Below are positions 1-8,100 of a DNA stretch of 64,000 bases, piece by piece (position 1 is the first letter of the stretch; every line of letters begins with the position of its first letter). Origin of the DNA: a virus; the IMG/VR virus record IMGVR_UViG_3300042453_001086, positions 64,001-128,000 of that record, one strand, 5' to 3'. The position numbers were made by a program, and so were the translations under genes. Under the pieces are notes generated by a model. The model searched no databases and was not told the origin of the DNA. It saw only the letters and a list, made by a program, of their open reading frames with translations.

Positions 1-505
1 ACTTTTTTGTCCAGGCAGCCCCCTCAGCAACATACTCTTCGTTCTTGCTTGACATATAGTTTGCTGATGCATCCATATAATCTGTAGCGAGCGTCACTTT
101 AGACTGAACCCATGCTGGGATTTGCATCTGGGGATTTTTAATAACTTCTCTAAGTCTTTTGCAGTGCATTTCAATCTCATCAAGTTGGTTCATAATCATT
201 GAACCTTCATCATCCATTTCCTTTCCCATGGCGATAGCGATATGATTTTCACAAATCTCTCGCATCTCCTTAACGGTTCTTTTCTTTTTGTGTTGTGTTT
301 TTAGTTCTTTTTCCATCTTAAGTAAGTGGGTATAGTAATCTGGGAACTCATCTAAATGCTGAAGTGCAATACCATATGCTTCCTCGTGGGTAGTCACATG
401 CTCGCGTTCTACAGTTGAACCAACTTCTGCCTGTTTGATAATACTTTCAACAGACACACCATGCTTCTTGGCGATTTCTTTTTCAGTGGGAACTTTCTTT
501 TTCAT
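1..505 (-). CDS. Partial ORF (runs off window start), DUF5661-like multi-module phage protein
   Basis: Not in the ORF track. ATG at 505 overlaps the upstream TAA (TAATG). My translation: MKKKVPTEKEIAKKHGVSVESIIKQAEVGSTVEREHVTTHEEAYGIALQHLDEFPDYYTHLLKMEKE...IPAWVQSKVTLATDYMD...EEYVAEGAAWTKK. The G..VE.EH...IA..HL.E.PDYY..L.KME pattern matches DUF5661 as I recall it. Confidence 0.75.
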   Translation of the reverse strand, partial: MKKKVPTEKEIAKKHGVSVESIIKQAEVGSTVEREHVTTHEEAYGIALQHLDEFPDYYTHLLKMEKELKTQHKKKRTVKEMREICENHIAIAMGKEMDDEGSMIMNQLDEIEMHCKRLREVIKNPQMQIPAWVQSKVTLATDYMDASANYMSSKNEEYVAEGAAWTKK

Positions 506-1899
506 TAGTAAATCTCCCTCCATTGAAGAGTAGCAGCAGCGGTAGCAGTAGCATTATTAGCAGTAGAAATTGTTCTTATTGATACTACAAATATTTCAGA
601 ATCCGTTGAATCAAAATTTTGAACAATAGTATTTTTCTTTGCTTGTGTAAGTTCACCAGAACTGACAGGTGATAGTGAGTTCTGTGAAGATCCTGCTACA
701 ACAATACCAGCAGCAAAGATATCCAAATTAGCTCCAACAGCAAATGATGTTGAATTTCTACAATACTCAACACCGCTACTATCATCAACAGGGGTCCATA
801 CAAGACCACCAACATCTGTTGTTGCTAATGAAGATGCTCCAGGAACTTTGATTAACTCATAATAAACATCATTAGTAGCAACATACATGCTAATATTATT
901 TGGTCTTACTGTAATTCTATTTGGATAACCTTGGAAAGTATTTTTTAAACGGATTGCCAACAGAGGCAATCTTGTTCCCGAAGAAGTAGAAGTAGTCCTA
1001 GTAGCACCAGAGCTGGTTGCCCAGTCAATACCACTTTCAACATATCCACCTTCTGACATTACAGTAGCACAAACTTGTTTCATTGAACCACCTGATGTAG
1101 CTCCAGTATTTTTAATCTCACATCTTACAGGTAGATTGGGACTTGAAATATAAACTTCGTCAAGTACATTTGAGTGGTAATATTCGTGTGCCAAAACAAT
1201 TTGTCCATTATGAACAAATCCACAACGAACTCTACCAACTCCAAGCCACTGGAAGTCAATATAAATGAGTTGAGTTTTTGAAGTATTGATGTTAAACTTG
1301 GAAGGACCAGTGCCATCACAAGGATCAATGTTCCATTCTGATTGTGGAACTCTTCTCTTGTAATCCCCTACATTCGCTTCACTAACACTACCACTAACAT
1401 AAGAACGAATCACGAAGTTTAGCGTGCCATTATCTGTGCCGTTAGAAGTAGGACCACCAACTTGCTCAAAGTAGATACCATCTCTGTCATCAAAGTATCC
1501 AGTTCTTTTAGTTACATTCTGCTGAGCGTAACCGAAAGTAATGGAACTAAAAATCAGTTGAGATTTACCTGGCTGATAATGGTGGTAAAATTTTGATTGA
1601 TGAACAGCACGAGAAGCAGGGTTTGAAGATGTTGCTAACGTTCCCATTGCTTGATTTGCTGGGAATGTGATAGTGCCACCATTCTCCAACTTATCTAAGA
1701 AGTTTGGATCAACAGCATAGATGTGCTTGTAATCACCGAGAGTAAATAAACTAGAAGTCCTCGATCTGCCGAAAGCATCGGAAGCTGTAGAACCAGTACC
1801 AGCAGTAAGATTGCCGAAGTTATCGGCAAGCATAACTACTTCAAAATTTGTTTTTTCCTGTGGTAGAAAATCTTCGTAATGCTTACTATACTGTGCCAT
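505..1899 (-). CDS. Putative virion structural protein (464 aa), paralogous to the C-terminal part of the 2191-aa protein
   Basis: Shares YQPGK/YQSGK, CDGTGP, IDFQWLGVGRVRCGF vs [15 protein letters not shown], and NLPVRCEI vs NLPARYEI with ORF 13618..20193. Confidence 0.7.
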   Translation of the reverse strand: MAQYSKHYEDFLPQEKTNFEVVMLADNFGNLTAGTGSTASDAFGRSRTSSLFTLGDYKHIYAVDPNFLDKLENGGTITFPANQAMGTLATSSNPASRAVHQSKFYHHYQPGKSQLIFSSITFGYAQQNVTKRTGYFDDRDGIYFEQVGGPTSNGTDNGTLNFVIRSYVSGSVSEANVGDYKRRVPQSEWNIDPCDGTGPSKFNINTSKTQLIYIDFQWLGVGRVRCGFVHNGQIVLAHEYYHSNVLDEVYISSPNLPVRCEIKNTGATSGGSMKQVCATVMSEGGYVESGIDWATSSGATRTTSTSSGTRLPLLAIRLKNTFQGYPNRITVRPNNISMYVATNDVYYELIKVPGASSLATTDVGGLVWTPVDDSSGVEYCRNSTSFAVGANLDIFAAGIVVAGSSQNSLSPVSSGELTQAKKNTIVQNFDSTDSEIFVVSIRTISTANNATATAAATLQWREIY

Positions 1900-2177
1900 T
1901 ATCCTAGGTACGCAACTTTAGTAGCTGAGACATTATCAGTGCTGTCAACTTTAATCTTTTGAGCAGCATCTTTATTAATAATAACAGGAATGCCAACAGT
2001 TAAAGCAAAACTACCAACCACCGTAGTGCCATCTGATTCATATAGAGAAACTGTTCTGGTTGAAGCTTCTGCGGTTAAATCTGAATGTGTGTTGTAAAGA
2101 TACACATCGGTTGCTTTACTAATATCACTTGGAGTTGTTGTAAGCGTTTCCGCTTCAGCAAGAATCTTAATCCTCAT
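1899..2177 (-). CDS. Conserved hypothetical protein downstream of gp16 (92 aa)
   Basis: Clean ORF, translationally coupled to the next gene (shared base 1899); occupies a slot where cyanomyoviruses usually carry a small beta-rich ORF. Confidence 0.65.
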   Translation of the reverse strand: MRIKILAEAETLTTTPSDISKATDVYLYNTHSDLTAEASTRTVSLYESDGTTVVGSFALTVGIPVIINKDAAQKIKVDSTDNVSATKVAYLG

Positions 2178-2196
2178 CTTATTTACCGTTTATTTT

Positions 2197-2604
2197 CTAT
2201 TTATTCTTGGCAGCATCTTTAATCATCTTTTGAAGATCTGCCGTGGTGCCAATAAACATTGTGTTATTGACTGTTGTTGGGGTTGATTTTTTATCTTCTT
2301 TACCCAGATTTTTCATCTTGTGCTGAAGGTCGATCAACTTATCAGTCATGTCTGAGACCTGCTTCATAGCGTTCACAGCGACCTCATACGCTCTAGGGTG
2401 CCCCGACTCCTGCGCGACCTCTAAGGCACCTTGCACCGCCTCCTGACCCTGTGATATGAGTCTATACAGCTCACCCCTGGTGTATTCATAATCCTTGTTG
2501 GCATCAACACTGACTTCACTGTTTGCTTGTGTAATCATTTCAGTTGTTTGTTCAATCGGTGCTATATCAAAAATCTCTTCCATGTTATCTTCAAACTTGC
2601 TCAT
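2197..2604 (-). CDS. gp16: Terminase small subunit, cyanophage-type gp16
   Basis: KDYEYTRGELYRLISQGQEAVQGALEVAQESGHPRAYEVA...TTVNNTMFIGTTADLQKMIK; located directly after gp15. Confidence 0.88.
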   Translation of the reverse strand: MSKFEDNMEEIFDIAPIEQTTEMITQANSEVSVDANKDYEYTRGELYRLISQGQEAVQGALEVAQESGHPRAYEVAVNAMKQVSDMTDKLIDLQHKMKNLGKEDKKSTPTTVNNTMFIGTTADLQKMIKDAAKNK

Positions 2605-3398
2605 AGTAGTTCAATACCTTCATTAAATCCAAAGTCATCGTCTGGCATTAATAGTTGATCATCTAAGTTATCAACAACACCATCATTATTTTTATCTTCT
2701 AGTGCTGACGCTTCCACGTCATAACGAAGAATCCTTCTATGCTCTTGGTAATCACCGAGACTTTCAAATACCGTTGCTTTTCTGATGATAGCGGCATCAG
2801 TAACTGGACCGTACATGTAAGTTTTTAATGTGAAATCTAAAGTATATGTTATACTTCTTCTTCTCATCATATCATCTTCATAGTCATCTTCATATGAAAT
2901 GCCATTTAAAATAACTGGTAAATCTTTTTTCTCTTCCATTTCTGGAATCATCATAACAGTAACGTTGAATGATGGTTGAAAAAATGGTAGAATCTGCTCT
3001 AGAATCTGTAGAGCATCATCCTGAGTTTTTGATAGAATACCTAGTTCAAAACGAAGATTATATGGAACAGGCATAAACTGAACTTTTACATTCTCTCCAT
3101 CATCATTTACTTTATATTTTTGAATAGGTGAAGTTTTTCTTTGGGCGTCATATGTAATGTCAGTCATCTCAAATGAGATGCGAGGCATAGTAACGCTGAC
3201 TTTTCTTTCTGTGTTTGGATCCTGTTCTAAACGAGCTAGAAACTTACTCTTAGGACCATACGCGAGAGGAACTTTTTCTTGACGTATAACTTCTCCTGTA
3301 TCTGGATCACGTTTAACAATTTGAATATTATTAAAAAGTGTGCCAAATGCTTTGACGTTTTTCTTTATAATCTCGTGATAATAATATTGACCTAACAT
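2601..3398 (-). CDS. gp15: Tail sheath stabiliser / tail completion protein
   Basis: MLGQYYYHEIIKK..AFGTLFNNI, VPLAYGPKSKFLARL, MPRISFEM, VPYNL.FEL, QILEQILPFFQP, YTLDFTLKTYMYGPV. Confidence 0.95.
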   Translation of the reverse strand: MLGQYYYHEIIKKNVKAFGTLFNNIQIVKRDPDTGEVIRQEKVPLAYGPKSKFLARLEQDPNTERKVSVTMPRISFEMTDITYDAQRKTSPIQKYKVNDDGENVKVQFMPVPYNLRFELGILSKTQDDALQILEQILPFFQPSFNVTVMMIPEMEEKKDLPVILNGISYEDDYEDDMMRRRSITYTLDFTLKTYMYGPVTDAAIIRKATVFESLGDYQEHRRILRYDVEASALEDKNNDGVVDNLDDQLLMPDDDFGFNEGIELL

Positions 3399-4297
3399 TA
3401 GAATACTCCCATATCTCCATATTCACCAAATGGATTTCCTTCACTAAAGTCAAGAATCTCATCGGCTTTATCTTCGTAATATTTATTCTGTGCATTATCA
3501 AAATCTTCAATGTCAAAATCAATAGTAGAGAATGTATCCACTTCCCAGGATGCACCGCTATCAACTCCTATCAGTTCTTCGTTTTGTCTAAACACGCCAT
3601 TAACATAAGTTAAATCTAGTTTTCTAGATGGCGCATCCCATGCAGCAACCGTTGCTTTTACCATAACAGGAGTGCCGTCTACTATGTATGTTTGTTCAAC
3701 TTCTTCGCCAATCGTATAGTTGCCAACACCACCAGTTTTTAAATAAACTGGAAATACATAGTTTTCTTTTTTTGGGTCATCGATTTCTGGGTTGCCAGTG
3801 TCAAACATATTATCAGCATTTTCCAACAACTCGCAAGTTAGAGCAAAGATATAGTTTTTACCTAACTGATAAAAAGGAACTTCTCTTTCTACAAACTTGA
3901 TTTCGTAGATGTTTTTAGTCATAGGAACGTACAGTAAATCACCTTCATTTGGTCTACCAGGAACTGTAGTTGATGACATCAAATCTGGTTTGAGAGACCA
4001 CTTTCTTTTTGATACAGCAAACGTAACTTCATCAGAAAGTTTCAATCCAAACTTACTCATGGCAACAGCACCAGATCCACCAAAACCTTCTACATTGATT
4101 AGCATCATTTCTATCAGATGAGCTTCTTTAAACTCATTTAAAATAACATCATTAAGAGATCTGTCGATCAACATTTCCTTTGGAACATAAAAAATATCCA
4201 TACCGAACAGATGTATTTGTTCGTCTACCAAATCTTGTACAAGATTCTGTTCGGTATTTACACCACCATATTGGGGAAAATATACGCTCTTAGACAT
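3398..4297 (-). CDS. gp14: Neck protein
   Basis: EQNLVQDLVDEQIHLFGMDIFYVP, MSKFGLKLSDE, RPNEGDLLYVP, FEIKFVE..PFYQLGKNYIF.LTCEL-type motifs. Confidence 0.95.
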   Translation of the reverse strand: MSKSVYFPQYGGVNTEQNLVQDLVDEQIHLFGMDIFYVPKEMLIDRSLNDVILNEFKEAHLIEMMLINVEGFGGSGAVAMSKFGLKLSDEVTFAVSKRKWSLKPDLMSSTTVPGRPNEGDLLYVPMTKNIYEIKFVEREVPFYQLGKNYIFALTCELLENADNMFDTGNPEIDDPKKENYVFPVYLKTGGVGNYTIGEEVEQTYIVDGTPVMVKATVAAWDAPSRKLDLTYVNGVFRQNEELIGVDSGASWEVDTFSTIDFDIEDFDNAQNKYYEDKADEILDFSEGNPFGEYGDMGVF

Positions 4298-4298
4298 A

Positions 4299-5123
4299 TT
4301 ATCCTATTGCATCGAGAGGTGGAAGTTCGTAATCGCTAATCATCTTAGATTCTATTTCATCTATTTCTCGGATAGCATCCTCGTATATCTGGCGACCGTT
4401 TATCTGTACTCCACCAGGAAGTTGAACATTATTAAACTTGATTAGATTCTGTCCCCACTGTCTCTTGAATAATGCAGTGATATATCTTTTCAAGAACCAA
4501 TCATTCCATATCTTTGGAGAATCGGTTGGATTTAAAAGACGATGGCATTCGACAATAAAATAGTTATCTTGTTGTAAAACTTTTGGGTTGTAATCAATAA
4601 AAAGTTTTCCGTTTCTTTTTGTGAAACGACATTGAATAATCGCCCCGCTGTTTAAAACCATATCCAAAGTTTCAAAATATTGCTTAAACATGTAATAGTT
4701 AACTAGGTCAACATTACCTAGAGAATATCCAGAGTTCAAAGAAAACATGTCCATTAGAAAATATTGGTTTCCAAAACCAAAAAAATCAGAACGCAAAGCA
4801 GTCATCGATAAAGAAAATACTCTCTCGATTCCTATAATATGATCTGGAAGTTCAATATAGTTATTTCTTTCTTCCCATTCACTACCATCTTCTGAAGTGT
4901 GAATAGTATTACCTTCTCTAAATCTTTCTAGTTCTTCCGCAGTAAACTTATGCTTTAAGTAAAGTTTTTCCATGCCGTCAAAATGACGTTCATTAAAATA
5001 CTGTAAAGCATCATCGATTAGATCTTCTAGTTGATCATCATCTACATTGATTTCTAATACAGGAGCACCAAGTTTTCTGAGGCAATACTCTTTTAACTCT
5101 TCTCTTGTGGCTGGTTTAGCCAT
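4299..5123 (-). CDS. gp13: Neck protein
   Basis: MAKPATREELKEYCLRKLGAPVLEINVDDDQLEDLIDDALQYF.ERHFDG...WLKRYITALFKRQWGQNLIKFNNVQLPGGVQINGRQIY. Confidence 0.95.
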   Translation of the reverse strand: MAKPATREELKEYCLRKLGAPVLEINVDDDQLEDLIDDALQYFNERHFDGMEKLYLKHKFTAEELERFREGNTIHTSEDGSEWEERNNYIELPDHIIGIERVFSLSMTALRSDFFGFGNQYFLMDMFSLNSGYSLGNVDLVNYYMFKQYFETLDMVLNSGAIIQCRFTKRNGKLFIDYNPKVLQQDNYFIVECHRLLNPTDSPKIWNDWFLKRYITALFKRQWGQNLIKFNNVQLPGGVQINGRQIYEDAIREIDEIESKMISDYELPPLDAIG

Positions 5124-5155
5124 AAAAAAATACCTCTAGTTTCCTAGAGGTATTT
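5124..5155 (-). terminator. Intrinsic terminator-like hairpin directly upstream of the gp13 ATG
   Basis: Minus strand AAATACCTCTAG-GAAA-CTAGAGGTATTT (12-bp stem, GNRA loop); the 3' arm ends in a T7 tract (5130-5124) followed by ATG. Confidence 0.8.
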
Positions 5156-5158
5156 ATA
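5151..5158 (-). promoter_or_regulatory. T4-type late promoter TATAAATA (gp13)
   Basis: Exact gp55-type consensus, about 28 nt upstream of the gp13 start. Confidence 0.8.
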
Positions 5159-5176
5159 AATCATGTTATTTATTTA

Positions 5177-8100
5177 TCAACTCCAAGTACCAGCAATAAT
5201 CGATGGGTTAGATGGACCCATAGCTTGAATCTCAAAGTATGAGTTGGTACGAGTATTTACAGTTGCGTTAGCAGTATCACTCTTGTTAAACTGAGGAGTT
5301 AATGTTCCACCAGTTGTTGAGTTTGATACGAAGTAACCTTCAAATCTTATCGCACAATCAGTTGTGACAGTTACTGCTTGAGTAACAGCAGTTGATCCAG
5401 TTGCAGTTGTATTTTGGAATAACAATGCAGTTGCGGAAGGTCCATTTGCTCCTATTGAGTTATATCTAAAGTTCGTTGGAGCGTTTGAGAATGTAAAGAG
5501 TAGGTTCCAAGTACCACTTGTAGTAGTTGACTTGGAAAGATAATAACATCCACTAAATTTATATAATGTGTTTGCTCTTAGTGGAGCGGCATCTTGAGTT
5601 GTTCCTGAGAATACGTTTCTGACTGTGTTTGTGGTTCCAGTCTGAGCGAAGTCAGCAGCAGCTCTTAAGATTTGTGGCGCGAGGATAATACCTCTTCCAC
5701 CTTCAGTAGTTGCAGAAGCATAGAAAGCAATCTGGTTATACTCAAAACCACCTTGAAGCGGAGATGTTAATAGTGCCGCTGATGATGGTGTGAATCTAAG
5801 AGGGGCTAATGTGGTAGTACCAGCAGGAACAATCAAACTATTTCTTACTGTAGTCGTTCCTGTTGTAGCACCGATAGTTAAAGCAGTTGATGCGTTGCCG
5901 ATATCCAACTGAGAAATGGTTGGAAATACTAAACCAATACCAGTCGAACCACTGACATTAGTATCGATCATGATTTCTTCAGTTACTAGAGCACCTGTTC
6001 CATCGGCAGCTGCTGGTTTCGAAGCAATATATTTTCCAGGGGCAAGTAAAAGGTTTTCACTAATATTAAATCTACCAGTAGTTGAAGAACCATCATATGA
6101 TATAGTTTTATCTGTGGTTCCTTTGATAGTCAAACCAGCACCCTGAATAGCAGAATCACCAGTGACATTTCCTCCTGCAAGAATGACGTTTACATCTTCT
6201 ACGATTAGTTCAGTGGTATTGATACTGGTTGTCGTTCCACTAACTTGTAAACTTCCTCCAACAATCATATCACCAGTAACATTGCTGTTTCCATTAACAG
6301 TCAAGTTTTTGTTTACGGCTTCTGATCCAACTGTAATATCTTCATTTGAACTAATGAAGTTAGTATCAACATATGTCTTAACTGCTTTTTGTGTTGGGAC
6401 AAATGAATCGCTACTTTCCGAACCTCCTAATGTAGCATCGGAATCAAACTTAGTGATCTGAACACCAACTTTAGTTCCATCTGCTAGTGCAAACTGTAGA
6501 TTGGATAGACCTGTCAAGTCAAATGCTGATGCATCAATGGTTGACTTACCAGTTGCTTGGTCAATCTTAAAGAACTGACCTACCTTAAAGTTACCATCTT
6601 GGTTAGTAGTTACATAATAAATTCTAGCAGGAGCGATGAAGTTAGTTTCCTTAGTTTCATCTGGTCTTATTATAGGTTCATCTGGGAAGTTGGTTGTAGC
6701 GATACCGCCAGTACCAATCTCAAGCATGTCGTGACCAGTTAGACGAATCTGACTGTAACGATAACGAATCTGGAGACGATTTCCGCTTCCTTCTGCAACA
6801 GATTTAACTGGGAAGAATGTTAGGATTGCAGTTCCAGGATTTGTTGAGGTCTTGAGATCTACTCTAAAGAACTCATTGTCAACCTTAATAAAATCATTTT
6901 CATTGATTGTTTTTGTTGCTATTCCTTCTTGATCTGTGAATGCGAAAACAGGAAGACCGCCATTACCAGTTAAAGAACTGTATGAAAGAACGTTTGAAAG
7001 ATTTGTTGTGTCTTGTCTCAGTGTGGTTACTGGAGTGTACTTAACTACAAATTTTACTACAGCGTTTGCTGGGAAGTTAGGTGAATCTTGGTCAGCATGT
7101 TCTTGGGCAATAGTTCCTTCCTGAGCTCTAGTAACAGTTACATAACTATTGAAAGCATCACTAACAACTGCTGTTGGTAGCATTAACTCATTACCTACTA
7201 GTAGATAAAGAGTTGTTGATGCAGTATTGTATGTAGCAAGAGCTGCTGTTACTCTTTCTGGATTTAAAATATTAATGTTAGTCGCTGAAGTTGAAGTTAA
7301 TAACTGACCAGGATTATCAATAAGAACTTGGTTATTTGTTCCAGTCAATAAACTATAAAGAGTAACGTCAGTTCCACCTACATGTGTTTCAGCTGGTCTA
7401 TTAACACCAGTTGGAAATGTTCCAGTTTTGGCAATAGGAATAGTTACTACAGTATTTTCTAAACTTGCTGTTCTTGTTACATCAAGAACTTTAAATGTAG
7501 CTGATGGACCATCACTGTAGTTTTCAATTTCTTGAATAACGTAGTTAATACCATCAATACTATCAGAAAATGTTACTGCACTAGTAATCTTTGGTTTTTC
7601 TGGTAGATTAATAACAGCAAACTTAGCACCTCTTGTTGCTCTGTTTGCAGCACTTTCACTTGGGGTTGCAGTTGGGAACTCGCTGTTTTCAATAACAGTA
7701 GATGCTTCTGGAATATTTACTGGTGGTGGATTGTTTGGATCTGCTCCTGTAATCTGAGCGCATCTTTGACCGTCACCGATAAATCCTGTGATTGGTTCGA
7801 TAAGAACTTTAGTATAATCATTACCAGCAAGAACATAAAGAACTCTTGCCTTACCCAATGCAGGTCTAACAGTACCACCAGCACCTAAAGTAGCGGTAGT
7901 TGTAGATGCAAACTGCACACCAGTAATAATACCATCTGTACCAACAATACCAGTAACCGTAAATGTGCCATTGAAAGCACTATTGGATACACCACTGATT
8001 GTAATTTGCTTACCAACTGCATAAGGATTAAATGGTTTAGTGGCAAATGAAACAGTGGCAGTTGTTCCATTTCCTACAACACCAGTAATACTAGTATTAT

